This document shows, piece after piece, positions 12,522 to 25,959 of a stretch of DNA of 64,000 nucleotides; the stretch's first letter is position 1, and each line of letters starts with the position of its first letter. The notes below the pieces were generated by a model. That model had not been told where the DNA came from, ran no database searches, and was given only the letters and a program-made list of their open reading frames with translations. Made by a program: the position numbers and the translations under genes. Origin of the DNA: Psammoneis japonica (taxonomy: Eukaryota); assembly GCA_008632985.1 (NCBI GenBank), contig QPGO01000020.1:682001-746000 (forward strand), written 5' to 3'.

Positions 12522-15214
12522 AACAAGTATGCGAATCTTCCCAACCCCGTCCCTCTTCCTGTAATGCACTCAATCGTAGATTTGCTTTGTTGTTTGAAGT
12601 ATTGGATATGAAACACTTAAGGACGCAGTGCCTGGCGTTCAAGACTTAACGTCCAATGACCTTTTCTTGATTTTGGGGCTGGTACACTCAAGAGTAATCA
12701 TGTTTTAGGACAACTATCAGACCGCTCCGTCCTTTGGCGGAAGCCCAACATAGAAGGATGCTTGAGGTGACACCACGACCGAAGAATGGACTGGATGATA
12801 AAAGATTGAGTGGGCTCAAAATGTGGAAACGAAGGTACCTGCATGCCGGAGGGTACCAGGAGAGATGGTGGAATCAGTGCGACATGTCCGTGGTGATAAT
12901 CAGCACAATGACATCGAGGTGTCGCCTCGAGATTCAAAGTCGATCGGAGGGTAATGTAAAAGAGAGATTCTACTAGAAAGTCATGAGTCTGAAATTCTCT
13001 TTCAACCTGGAACGGTGTTCATGATGACGGCTGTCATTAGAAAGAATGAAAACAAGTCTCATTTGTTTCAATGTTCGAGCTTCATCAAGTTTTGACATGG
13101 GGGCGACATGTTGTTAGAAAGCAGCTGCAGCACGACGAATGCCCCTGACGCTGAAGCTGATACAGGAATCTTCCAAAGCTAGTGCATCCGACACAAGGTT
13201 CCACGCATGAATGGAGGCACCGAGCAGACTTGTTCCACAGGCCAAATGCAAGTGCAGAAAGGCTTTTCTGTGGGAGCACACTATGATCTCTAAGCCGGAC
13301 TAGCTTGGATTGAGTGATGCCATTGCAAGGGAACCCGCAGTCTGTGCTGGCAGTTCACTTGGCTGCACTGAGGAAAACTGTCAACCAGGTGCATGATGCC
13401 AGTTGGACAGAAAAGGAAGAGGCAAAACCAAAGTTGACTTGAATGATTGTCAAGACGGTTGTGGTGGGACTGCCAAAACCAAAGTTCACTCGAACAATTG
13501 TCAAGCCAGCTTCGGTGGGACAAAACGAAGGACACCTGTCATCTTTCCAAAATGCCTCAGGATTCTTTCGATGCCATCACTCAAAGGTGATGCCAACCTC
13601 CTCTGGCAGGCAGCCGATGGGCTGCAGAGAACTCAAGGCACCTGCAGTGTAATTTCAAATTTGAAAAGTGGTTTCGAACATTCAGTTTTGCACAAAATCA
13701 TCATTTTTTGGTGATTGGACAGTTTGACAAGTTGGTTGTGGTGCAACACCCTTGTGCATTTCTGTGACAAATCAGCAGCCACAACCCTTGCTTGCAATGC
13801 CAAAATCTCAGTGCATCAAAAACCAAAAGGCTGCACAATTCATGATGCTTTCACCACAATCAATCACATCCATGATGCACAGACAAACAATGAGACACAA
13901 TCGCTCTGCCAGCAAAGTTCCAATGGAAGTCATGGACTGAGCTTGAATGGCATGGAAGACTTCCAAGGGGAGGAAAAAAAGCCGGCCATTGACCAAAGCA
14001 GAGCTCAAATGCAGCGCGCAGCTTTCAAGAATTGGAAGCCTTCAGAAACGTCTCCAATGGCAGCTGCTCGTTCAGGTGACTGCTGTTCCAAACAAGCGTG
14101 AAACCTCCAATGTGCATTTGAGACCGTCGCGTTTGAAGGTTTGGCTGGAGCTTCCTGGGTGGTTGCCAATTTGCAGGGGTTTGGACAAATCAAGGCTGCT
14201 CCAGTGCCGGAATGACCATTCCCAATGCAATCACTTCGCAAGTGTCACGCAACACATTGACAGCCAGTCTTGAATGAATGTCTCTTTGTCCATGAGTGCT
14301 CGGGTGACAAGAGAAAATGCCCAAATGACAGGGAGTGCAGTTTTTGAAAGTGCCGTCATGCATCCTGCTGCTGTGCTGGTGCTGTTTCCAATCTTGAGGA
14401 GAGTGGCAGCCATTGCAGCATGGGAGTCTTTGGATGGACGGTTCACAGACACCTTTTCTGGCATGAAGAGAGAGTCCTCAAACCAAGCGCTGCATCCTCG
14501 GAAACAATGTCTTGTCATTCATGTGATGATGATGAAGTGAGTGTTGGCCTCACTTGACATCAGCTCCAGTCCTGAGTGGGGAAGTCAGAGAGCAAACTGT
14601 GCTGCACTGCTTCATCCGTGCTGTCATTCTGTCCCGCCTTTTTCAACATTGACAATTGACCAAATTTGTTTCTGCTTTGCTCTGCAACCACAGTTCCACA
14701 TGAGCCATCTGCTGTTGCATCTGCCAGCGCAACAACAGAGATTCCTTCTGATGAAAGCAATGTGTTTGGCCTGGATGAGGATCACGGCCAAGTTGTGACT
14801 GTCCCTGCAGCGGTGTCAACGGCGCAAGAATGCCTCATTGCGGATGACCGTGCCTCCAAGATGTTGTCAGCATTGGTGTCTTCATGGCAAGAGATCCCTT
14901 TTGACATGGGCAATGAGAGCTTTCCAGACCAGCACAATGTGGAGGGGCTGTTGTCAGTTGATGTGGAACACACAGAAGAAGCAGAGCACATTCAAGCACC
15001 TGTTTCACTTGTTGCAGACAGCAGTGCTTCCATTGTTCCAAGGCAGTCTGCTTGACTCAGAGCAGTGTTGGGAAGCATGTGTGTTCTGTCATCCACTGAT
15101 GGGTGAACTGTTCGAAGGTTGGCTGGAATCTTGAACCATCAAGCTCATGCAGTGAGATGGCTCAAGTGCCTGCGGGAACAAAGCAGCACCTGGGAGGAGA
15201 GAAGAACAGGAGTT

Positions 15215-15241
15215 GGAGAGAGAGAGAGAGAGAGAGAGAGA
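15215..15241. repeat. (GA)n microsatellite
   Basis: Direct reading of the GA run. Confidence 0.9.
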
Positions 15242-16225
15242 AATGGGGAGTGGAGCACGCAGAAAAGAGAAAGTGTTGATTGGCAGAGTCCCAAAGAGGT
15301 TGAGAGAGGAAGAAAATGAATTCAGGGAAATGGCGAGGCAAGAAGAAGATTGAGTTTGGTGAGGACTGCAGGCAGAACACTCACACATCCTTTGTTTGCT
15401 TCAGCCATTCCAAACAGACAAATTGAGTCTGACAGCAAGTTTTCTTCTTGCCACATTCTGGCTCCATGAGCATGAACAATCAAGGTGCTGTTGCTTTTGT
15501 GTGCAACGGTCAGCAAGTTTTGGGTGAGCAGCAACATTCTGTCAAGTGAGGAATCTTCGTGGCACCTGCAGTTTGGCACATGTCATGCACAGCATGCACC
15601 TCTGCATTCAACATTTCATTGACCACTCAGTGGTTGGTGATTGCAGACTTTTTTGTGTTGGTCAGTCGGTCGGGCAGTCGGTCCATCCACATTTGAAAGT
15701 TTGTCCCTTGGATTTTGGAATGGCATGGGTTGTTTAGTGCAAATGAATTGTTTGGATTCGCAGGATGACCGCTGAGGACATTGGAGGTCATGGGGACATC
15801 CTAAAATGTTGACAAATTCCCTGTGACAGGTGTGTGGAATGGTTTTTTAGGAGAGCTCGAAAGTGTTGTAAAATTGGCATTGCCGGTGTGGCATCTTGAA
15901 AAATGCACTCAGTTGTTTGTGAAGATGGTTTGTCATGAATTCTGCACAAAACAGTCACATTGGGAAAAACACGTTGAACAATGAGCGAGTTTGTGCAATG
16001 TGCTGTCATGGCAACAAATTGGAAAACAGAGTGTCCGTGCACCCAGCTGCAGCCCCAAAAATGGCACGAGACATCAAACACAACAATCATCCATGTCACT
16101 GGTGCGGTGGCCATGCCACTCTGCCGGCCCCGACGGTGGGGCCCTGAGCACATGCAGGCAACACAGCATGCAACGGCACACACCCACAAAGAAAGACAAG
16201 TGGTCAATGCTCCCCGCAGGCCTGG

Positions 16226-17060
16226 TTGCTCTTCTGTGCAAGCTCCCGCTGGCAACCTTCCGCGTGTGTTTCTACACGAGTTCTCATGCTGATGTCACCA
16301 TTCTCAGACGGCATTGATTTGGCTCCTACAAGCCCATTCTGTCCATGTTTGCCAATGGCACATTTTCATTGCAGCATGATGAGCAAAGTTCATCAGTGGA
16401 AAACGACGAGTGTCGCAGCCTGTTGGTTTGCACGCTGATTGTCATTTCTTGTAATTTCCAGTGCAAATTCCACACGGATCCGCAGATGCTGCTGACAATC
16501 TGCACGCCACTTCTCCGGCCTGCTTTTGTCCTTGCCAATTGGTCTTCAATGCTGCTTCCTTTTCTCACCATGCAGTCAAGTCCTTCACTCTTTGTGGTGC
16601 AAGTGCTGCTTCTGTTGCGGCCCTTTTCAGCAAGAATGTCAGTCATCCTTCAGAGTCATTTGACTGTCATCGATTTGCTGCTCCCATCGGTTTTTCTGTG
16701 CAAGATCTGGCATCATTGTCTCTGCATGTTGCCACTGACTGTCTGTGCTTCACTTCTCTGGACTGCTTTTGTCTTTGCCAATTGGTCTTCAACCCCATTT
16801 CTTTTGTCTGCCATGCAATCAAGTGCTTCACTTTTTGTGGTGAATGTGCTGTGCTTCTGTTGCGGCCCTGTTGAGCAAGAATGTGAGTCATCCCATGGCA
16901 CCATTTGCTTGTCTTCGGTTTGCTGCTCCCATCGGCTTTTCTGTGCAAGACCCAGCATTGTTTCTACATGCCATGAATGTTTTCTCCAACAACCTGCTTG
17001 TCTCACCTTCAAGGCTCCTTTTGTGGACCATGTTAAAAACCCATCCGAGTGCAATTGTCC
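16226..17060. repeat. Dispersed repeat copy 1 with internal ~240-bp tandem duplication
   Basis: Alignable by eye with 28425-29205; tgccaattggtcttcaa recurs at ~16533 and ~16776. Confidence 0.85.
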
Positions 17061-18404
17061 ATTGCAGCAGTTGTGGTGTGCCTTCTGTGGCTGTTGTCAA
17101 CAAGCACACAACAAATCCCTCATGTGGGTCATTCCTTTTCAGTCATCTTGGTGGGGTGTCACCTTCTGGCAATGCCCACTCCGTCCAATCCCATGAAAGC
17201 TCCTGCTGCACTCAACTGTGTGCTGGGGGTGTGGGTCAGCCGGTGCTGGCAAAGGAGTGACAGCACTTTAAACTCAGATCTGTTTTTTTTTACATTCAAC
17301 ATTTAGAACTCAGCTTTGAGGGTTTGAAAACTCAACAACAGACTGCCTTTGATGTTCCATGTTGGACAAAAAAGCACCAACGACAGTGGACTGTGTGGCC
17401 CTTGGAGTGCAAACAGATCCAGTCTTGCTTCTGCAATGAAGCACTTGATGATTTTAATGCCTTTGCCGATCGCATGTTTTCTGTTGGGTTTTCACAAAAA
17501 TGGCATGGTTGTGTTGGGAACATTTGGCAGGCATGCAGAGAGTTTTCAAGCCACACATTCAATTGTGAGTGCTGGAAACTCATTCCAGCAAGCATCGCTC
17601 CATGCAATTCTTGCAGTTCCATCTTGTCATGGCGTGACAATGCTCAAAATTTGCACATTCTTGTCAGCACCCAACGGACCCCTTGTTTTTCCAATGGATT
17701 GCTTGATGATTAAAAGGAATCTTTGTGTCGAATGTTTTCTGTTGGGGTTGAAAGCAATGTGCTGTCTTTGTCAGGATTTCAGGCATGCAAAAAGAGTTTT
17801 GAAGCCACTGGTTCAAATGCGTTCTGAAAGCTCGTGCCTTTGTGCTTGCAACGTGCAGCAGGCTTTGTTCGTTCAGTTTCAGCCCATCAAGCATTTTAAC
17901 TTTTTCTCTGGCAGGGCCCTGATTATCTTGCATTGCAGTTGCTGTGCGAACCAGTGCTTGCACCGCAACCAACGTCTTTTCAGCGTGAGATCCCCAATTG
18001 TCATGGATTTTGCAAAGGCGCCCCGATTGATTGTTCCCTCAGATCACATCTTGCCAAGGTTCGTACTGCATGGCGGTGGGCAAGCTAGGATCTTAACGCA
18101 TTGTACCTCGGTATGCACTTGACTGGTGGGGCTGCATTTGAAATGGACAATAGGAACAAGGTCCTAGTCTATCACTTTGCCTTATCGCACAGGTGAAAGG
18201 TAGCACCAGAAACAATGTTAGTTCATGCTCCAAACAGATTGAAGATTAGGATCAAAGTACATATCGCAAAGATAACATACTACGAAAAATAAAAAATGCT
18301 CCTGTTGACCAGCCTAAATAAAGCTCTATAGAGAGGGCATGTGCACACAAAGTCTATGGGACATAAAATGCCGCTTCGTCGTTGCTTCTAGATATTAGAA
18401 AGAC

Positions 18405-19222
18405 TTAAGCGTCGGGGCCGAATGGGACAGATCCGGGGATGGAAGCGGCGGCCCAAAGTCCCGCAAAGCCAATCATGGCAAGACGACCATTCTTGATCTC
18501 AACATCGCGGCCACGGGCAAGGTCTTCTTCGCTCCTCTTTCTAATGCCTCCCAAGTAAAGCCCTGGAACCATGTTCTACTCATTTCCAAGAAAGAAAATA
18601 AGTTGAAAGTGAGTCGTCAGTCGAGAGAAGAATAGAAGTCATCACGGATCAAGATGTTTGCAAAGCAACGTACCTTTCCGGGGGTGCCTCCCTTGAGGTA
18701 GTGAGTACCTCTCCTCGAGAAGAAAAGTTCATCGTGGAATTCAATAAGTCCAGCAAAGAGAAGCATTTGGGCCTTACCCCATCCCGGGACAGCATCCCAG
18801 GCTTCAAGTCCTTTGGATGGAATAGAGCTGAACTCAAGGCCATGGGCAAGCTCACCGGGGAATCGGAGTCCGGCTCCAACTGCCCACCAACCGACAAAGG
18901 CAGCCATGGCAACACGGCCGTGCTTGATTTCGGAATGACGGAACCACGCAATGGTTTCGTCAGAGCCCAATTCTGAAAGACCGAGAGGATCCCAAATTTT
19001 TCCAAATTCGATCGTGTTGGGAGTAGAAAGGATTTCTTCGCGGCTCAAGCATTTCGAAGTCGGAGGTGCTGGGGCAGGAGCGGGGGCTTCTTCAGCCGGT
19101 TCTTCAGCTGCTTCCTCGTCAGCCATAAAGAGAGCCATGGGCCTCGAGGTCACTGCCGGTTGAGCAGTGAAAGCGGTGGCAGTGCCAACCATGGCAAGGA
19201 CAAAAGCGGTAGCGAGCTTCAT
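18405..19222 (-). CDS. Fucoxanthin-chlorophyll a/c light-harvesting protein (Lhc/FCP, possibly Lhcq-type); exons 19222-18674 and 18575-18405
   Basis: Signal peptide plus ATAF plastid motif; WDPLGL; FRHSEIKHGRVAM. A GT-AG intron (18673-18576) joins in frame to the third helix EIKNGRLAMIG. Confidence 0.95.
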
Positions 19223-19599
19223 GGTCACTTCAACAGCGTTTGTTGTTCAAAAACACAAGAAGAAGTGCTCTTGTCAACGTTTTCTCGGCCGAAAGAAAGA
19301 GCAAGATCGCGAAATGATACACTTCAAGACGGAATCCGGAAGAGAAGAAAAGATACGTCACAAGCATTTTCTGCACATCCCAAACTTGAAGATTCCATGT
19401 TTAGCTTATGTGAAGTACGATGACTTATGTATGTACAATTCAACGTTCGATTTACATACAGAAAAGCGCGGGAAATCGCTTGCGCAGATCGCGCGCAATT
19501 CCATGCTCCTTGCGTGCGCCACACTTTCAACTTTGATTCCGCGTCATCGCTCGTCCCCTCATTACAAGTAGCCGTGTTCAAGTTAGCGACGATGAGAAA

Positions 19600-20886
19600 A
19601 TGAAAGAAATGGACTATCTCGTTTGTATTACAGCGCTTATAACGGTCCTGGCTAGTTGTCTGAACCAGTCTTATGCCTTCTCGGTGAAAGCTCCAGCTCC
19701 TTCACGACTGTCTCGGAATTCACATTTTTCGACGACGACGCTGTTGGCGTTGACGGAGCGACAGGTATGGTGATACAGATTGCATCTCTTCTGTGATTTC
19801 TGTTATTCTTAAGCTTTCTGAATTGTTCTTCAATCAATTGTATGATTCGTAGATGCAATTCTGGGAAGATGTCGAGGAAGGCCTGGATGACATTGAAGCA
19901 TTCTACGCCGCAAAGGGGCAAAGCATCGATCGGATAAGACAATTCGGCAAAAGGTAACGGAATGTTTTGCAGTTGTATGCGTCCCTAGAGAGTATCTTCG
20001 CGACTTTCCATTCACACCGCACATGATCTCGCTTTATGGTCAACAGCGCCAGAGGAGAAGTACCTGCACCCACTGGATACTGCACAGGACACGAACCGTC
20101 AGAAGAACATGTTGAAGGTTTACAAGCACAACCATTTTGGAATGTGGAACAACAACCGGATCTCTTTCCATGGGCAAAAGAACTTGAAGAAAAGTCTGAC
20201 GTGATTGCCAAGGAATTTCAGAGCAAGCTCGAGCGAGATGAACAGAAAATGTTTGCTAGCGACTCGGCGTGGCAGAACAAAGTAATGGGCGATGGCTGGT
20301 CGGCTATCCGCTTGCAGAGATTGGGTGAATGGAATGTGGAGAATTGCAAAGAATTTCCAGAAACATATGAACTGTTGCAACAACTGAATATTCCATTGGC
20401 GGTCCGAGGAGTTTGTTTTGCCCGTCAAGCACCGCAGTCGGGCGTTCAACCGCATAGTGACGGACGAAACTTTATCCTCACCTCTCATTTGGGGTTGTCC
20501 ATACCGGAAGGTAAGGAGTATCGAACAATATCCCCTTTGTAGCAATATTTGTTCTTGAGCTGTGTATGTCATCGTTATCATGTGTAATAGGCTGCTGGAT
20601 AAAGGTTGGCAATGAAACGCAATCGTGGGAGAATGGAAAGTTAACGACTTTGGATACGTCCTTTGTTCATTCTACTGGTAACCCCACGGATGATGAGCGA
20701 CACGTACTGATTATCGACTTTTGGCATCCTGACCTGTCGGAAGCTGAACGTGCTTCCTTGGAGTACATTTACGATTTAAGAAATCAGTTTGAGAGCGGCA
20801 AGATCCCCTATCGGAAACCAAAAAGCTTGCAAGAAAAGAACGAGGGATTGGCGGGTATATGGAATGCCATTACTGGAGGAAGCTAG
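19600..20886 (+). CDS. Aspartyl/asparaginyl beta-hydroxylase-domain protein, probably plastid-targeted; exons 19600-19764, 19853-19953, 20047-20510, 20591-20886
   Basis: PHSDGRNFILTSHLGL and DTSFVH...RHVLIIDFWHPDL motifs; three GT-AG introns give a continuous frame; signal peptide ends in SYAF. Confidence 0.88.
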
Positions 20887-21151
20887 AGTGAATGGGCGCT
20901 TTGCTAGGGAAGGGCAGTTCATTTTGGATGCGTGAGTTTGCTTGTAGCACAGGCACGATGATGGTGGATTGGAGAACGAACAGAGGAGGTACAATAAAGG
21001 GGTTCCTTGGTTCGGTATTACTGTCCATCACAAGACCAGTGCGTGGGCTTCAACTGAACCTTGGCTCCTCCCTGTTTTCTAAGTTAAAAGACTACAGTGT
21101 TGTGCTTTGCTTTTGCTCGCAATAAGCGCGTCTTCGCAGTTTCATACTTTT

Positions 21152-21583
21152 CTATTCATTTTTGGGGAGGTCAAAAACAGAATCCACGTCATTGTAAACA
21201 ATGCCGTAAGTTACACAACCCGTCGTCAGAGCTGCAAATGCACCAGCGAACCTTCCACGCCGAAGTCCAGTCAAACCTCCAAAAAGCAAGGTGCTCCCTG
21301 CAACTAGTTGTGGGCCATACTGGCGTCGGTGTTCGTATCCAGCATACCCTCGTTGTGCCAGCACTTTTGCTTGTTTTGCAACACCACTCAAGCGAGAGAC
21401 AATCGGTTTCATTGCCGTGTCTGTCGTTTCCTCCAACTGGGACAAGGCAGAATTGGCAGAAGCGACAGCCGACTTTATGGTCGACTTGAGTTCGAGTTCG
21501 GGTATCTTCATTTCTGGAAGCTTCTTCTTGTCTTCGCCAGCCTTTGTGTTCTTGTCGTCATTTTCATTGCTTGGAGTTGACAT
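21152..21583 (-). CDS. Small membrane protein (143 aa) with two Gly-rich C-terminal hydrophobic segments; loosely MIC26/27-like
   Basis: ATG at 21583, charged N-terminus, then QLVAGSTLLFGGLTGLRRGRFAGAFAALTTGCVTYGIVY. The family assignment is tentative. Confidence 0.6.
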   Translation of the reverse strand: MSTPSNENDDKNTKAGEDKKKLPEMKIPELELKSTIKSAVASANSALSQLEETTDTAMKPIVSRLSGVAKQAKVLAQRGYAGYEHRRQYGPQLVAGSTLLFGGLTGLRRGRFAGAFAALTTGCVTYGIVYNDVDSVFDLPKNE

Positions 21584-22090
21584 GGTAGAATCAATAAGTA
21601 GAACTCTTGAAGGAATGGCGTATGTGGAAACGGCACAGGTGGCTTGCAACTTGTATTGTCCCCCAGCGGATATTGTTCGCATTGACAGGCTTTATAGCTT
21701 GTGCGATGTGCGATGCCGATGATGCGAGATGCGAGTCATGAGTCAGCAAACAAGATGTTTTCATATCATGTAGCTCGTGGTATCATGATAATCTCACGTA
21801 ATCTAACGTCGCGCTCTATTTCTGCTAAACCCTGAGCAACTTTGGCTTGCATGCATGCCTTTGCTGGTGCCACAAAGCAGAAAGCAGCAAATAAATAGAG
21901 GCAACAAAAACACATCAATTCAGTCAACACCCGCACTTCTAACGTTGAACAACGCCAGGAAGTTTTGCTCTTCAAAAGTGATACATAGTTTGTCAAGAAG
22001 CAATTAAAACCTCAGCAACTGCGGATTCGCAATTCGCGCTTCCCGCAATCTCGCACCCGTTTCTATCCTTCCAACACAATAACAACAACC

Positions 22091-22339
22091 ATGCGAAATC
22101 CAAGAAGAAACGCACTTGAATATGGAATCCTCGTGACAACCGCAGCAAGTTGCACGATTGCCTATGGTCTCTTGCTATACACAATGAACCATAAAGATCC
22201 GAGTCATCGAAGAGGAGTGGATTTAAACGCTAAAATGGATTTCAGGCAAGCTCTGGATGAACTCAAGGGCATGTGGGCGTCCGATAGCAAGAGCAGCAAG
22301 CCAGTGGAAAGAACCGGCGGGAAAGATGGGAAGCAGTAA
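22091..22339 (+). CDS. Small single-pass membrane protein (82 aa), hypothetical
   Basis: ATG in an aacaaccATG context, one hydrophobic segment, divergent from the neighbouring gene. Confidence 0.5.
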   Translation: MRNPRRNALEYGILVTTAASCTIAYGLLLYTMNHKDPSHRRGVDLNAKMDFRQALDELKGMWASDSKSSKPVERTGGKDGKQ

Positions 22340-25300
22340 ACGTGGCAGGATTTTCTCAGAGTAGGTTCCTGAAGAGGAGCAGTATTCTTACTAGTCTATT
22401 AATGCATCATCCCATATTTCCACGAGACGTTCGTCTTCACCTATATCTTTTGTGCATGCAAAAGCGATAGCGGTAACAAGCATACAGTGATATATGCATG
22501 CCGGAGATACCTTTACAGATTGCCAATTTGCTGTGACACTGTTTGTGCCCATTAGCTTGACACCAGACATTCAGCAGCCTATGCCGTAATCTATTCTTTC
22601 AGGCCCATGTAGCACAGCCCCAATCCAGCAAACGCTTGTGCCGCTAGCTCCAACTTTACAAAAGTCGTTTCCTTCATTCCCATCGTGTTGGTCTGGCCAA
22701 AAAGACTCCCACAACACCAACCAATCCCAATCCTATAGCTGCAGCATCATTGGCCATCCCAGTGTCCCTCCGATAAATTGAAAATCTCATGGGCAACTTT
22801 CACCCAGATTGATGCCCAGGTGAAGCAAAAGAACATGGCTCTGGTGCCGTCATGTGCCTGTGGCGACAATTGTCGCACAGATGGTGGGTGCACATTCAAC
22901 ATTGGCCCCATGCTGTTTGTCAACATTGCAGTTGCTCTGCCAATGAGACTGACCATGCGCGCCCAAAACCAAAGGAAGAAGATGCAATGTCACCTGATGA
23001 CAGCACTTGTGCTGCGTTTTGTGTTTGAATTGCCTTCTGACTGTTGGCAGCATGTTTGACATCCATGGGTTCCATGCCTTTGCTGTCAAGAAATGTCTGT
23101 GTTTCTTCTTTCCCATCCAATTCACTCACAGTGTCCAAGTCTTTTCCTGCTCATGCTCTTTTGCTCTCATTGCTGCTTTTCCCTGTCACAACGCTCTCAT
23201 GATGGACAAGTTGCCAACACAACCCTCTTCTTGTGCCCAGCAACACACAGTGAACACCACCAAGAATTGCACTCCTTGATCTGTCAAATGCACATCCACA
23301 ACAAGCTGACCAATCCCCATGATGACAAAGCTCATGGGCAGCAACAACCAAACTGATGGCAAACCCTGTGCGCTGGAATGCAGCCATTCACAGCGCACAC
23401 AAAAACCATGGACAGCATTGGCACTTGAAGTGCAGTTGCACATCCCAATCTGCCTGATGCACTGCAATGAAAGTGGGAGCTGCAAGGACCACTGTGGTTG
23501 TTGCAATCATGGCGAGACTGGGGATGCTGCTCTTCCTTGCCATGACAAAGAAGGAGAGCCAAGTGACTGCTTGGGACATGTGCTCATCTTTTGTTGCTGC
23601 TTTGCAGCGCAGCTGTGCATGGTTCATGTGTTGCAACAATCATCACAGGAGCAGCTTCATCCAAAAAAGTGACATGGATGGGAGCCCAGGGCAAGAGTGA
23701 GTGGGGGGCCAAGGATCAAAGAGCAGCCGGGCAAATGTTGGGATGGCAATGGAAGGATCACAAACAGAAAAAGACAGGGAGCAGGAAGAAGGTGCAGGCA
23801 GATGGCAACCAGAGGAAGGGTGGTGTGATGCACAAGGCAAGATCTGGCAACAGTCCATGTCAGAGACAGACCAGTGCAGCAGAAGAAGCAGAGGCAGCGT
23901 GAGAGGTGGTGAGCCTTGAGGGCACCAGGAGGTCAGAGTCAAAGGGCAGGGTGCAGGAATGCAAGGCAGCTTTGGCAGCAACAGGGTGTGCTGAAGAGAG
24001 AAGGCAGGAGGTCAGGGTGGCACAGAGAAACTTGGAGGGGTCCGGTTGGAAAAAGGGGTCAGCAGCATGGTGGAACAAATGACAAGTGGCATTGAAACAA
24101 CCATCTTTCTCAACCCAGCAGAGCACCACAAGTGGCAACCAGTGCTGCAATTGCAGATGGAGATGGCATGGCCACAACCCACAACAAAGAAAGAAACCAA
24201 CAAAGGGGTGGCTGCAGAGCTTGACAGAGAGCGTTGAAGAAGGGTGAGTGCCATTTTGAGGGTCAGGGGTCATGGCCACAGGGGTGGTTGCATTGGAAAG
24301 TGCAGAAGGGGTCGCAGAAGGAAGGGCAGCAACAAAGGGGGCAGGAGGCAGGCCAGCAATTTAAATTGCATCAAAAGGCTCATGGCGCAAAGGGCATGGA
24401 AAAGTGTGGGAGGAGAAGGAGAGGGGAACAACAAAGGATGGATGAGAATGGAGGGCAAGGAGGACGGCCCAACAATGTCAGTGGAGAGCATGGGCAGAGT
24501 GAAGAAAGAAGGGCATTGTGGCAGGTCAGGAGGCCACTTTGGGAGCTGCTGCATGGCGCCACTGCACCCAAAGAAAGGAGATGCCACCACTGCAGTCATT
24601 GTTGTCAGTCACTTGAAGTTCATTTCCACAAGTTTTGCAACTGTTGCAAGTTCTTTTTTTCACCTTGCAAGTTGCAAAGGGCAAAGTGTGAAGTGCACGG
24701 GGGGTGGCACTGTGCACTCAATTGCAACCGGCCATCAATTTTCTTCACAAGGTTGCTTTCAAACTGGCTTGCAAAGTTGCTTCACCATGCTCCATCCTTT
24801 GCAGACAGCAAGTTCAAAAATTGTGAGTTCATTGCTGTTCTGAGTGCGCTTTGTGGCTGACACTGAATCAACCTGCACGGAAAATCCAACAGTTTTAGAT
24901 TTCAAAACACATCAAGCAAAAGAAAGCTCTGCCATCCACCATGGGAAAAAAGCATGCTGCACTCCAAGACATCAAATCAAGCAAGACCACACAGCAGCAA
25001 GCACCCGTGCTTGACACTTTGCACCTTGGTTGTGTGAAACGCACATGTTGCAAGAGGCAGGTCTGGATTTTTGCAGTGAATCCAAGAGCAAACTGCTGTG
25101 TCTTTGTGGTGGACAGCTGCAATCCAGTCTGCAGACAGAGAAAAAAAGCAACAAACAAGTGGCTGTTGGACATCAGATGTGGTTGCTTGTGCTTCCCTTT
25201 TGTGTTGGTGTTGGCACAGCTCTGTCACCCAAAATGATCTTTCTCAACTGCCAGCACAAAATGAAGTGTTGATTTGAGTTCCTCAAGAAGAGCCGGTCAC

Positions 25301-25959
25301 TCTTGTGTGAGGTCTGATGACTCAACGTGACAGTCTGTGAATTGGTGGTTGGGAGACATGTGCAACTTTGGCACTCACCTCTTCTCACATGTTTTTGCAG
25401 ACCATGACATGACAAGTGGGATGCTGTCCAGTTGCCACGAGTGCTTCAAACAAAGCACAACAATCCAAGAAGTCCAAGGCTTTGTGCAAGACACACAACA
25501 TCACATGCTTTGACCCGCTGGAACAGCATCTGAATTTTCTCTCTGGTGTGGCCAAGTTGCACCATTTGGAGCTTGTTCTTGTCTCTGCCATGGCGTGTGT
25601 GATGCAGCAAGTGCATGGAAAAGCAAACAGCGAATTTGGTTTTGGGGGGCTTTCTGGTCACACACCAGTGTCTTGAAATCAAGCACAGTTCTCTTGCCAC
25701 CAGCAACAAAGAAATGAAGTTGTTTGAGCAAATGCCTCCATCAATGTGGCAAAAGAATCTGTTGCCAGTTGTTTGCTTGATTGACAAGTTGCTTCCCACA
25801 ACAAATGTGCGCAACATGTTTCCGTGCTTGACAAGAGCATGACTTGTCAGTGATTGAAATTTTCACATGTGTGCTGATTGCATCTACAGATCTTCAACAC
25901 ACACAATTGTTGGCTGTGTTTCTTGGCAGTCATTGAGTCTCAAGCAAATCTTTTTTGCT

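Larger units (their letters stand above)
13305..18060. other. TpA-erased, CpG-poor decayed repeat block 2
   Basis: Fewer than about 20 TA in 4.7 kb. TA fades over ~12960-13305 and returns at ~18064. Confidence 0.9.

Noticed and set aside
16345..17196. 283-aa ORF (and its 335-aa relative at 28366) resembling a hydrophobic membrane protein
   Set aside because: A stop-free frame through a decayed tandem repeat, and the frame is not preserved cleanly between copies.
23700..24500. Possible further non-LTR fragment (purine skew like 38.2-39.8 kb)
   Set aside because: No diagnostic RT or endonuclease motif could be read.
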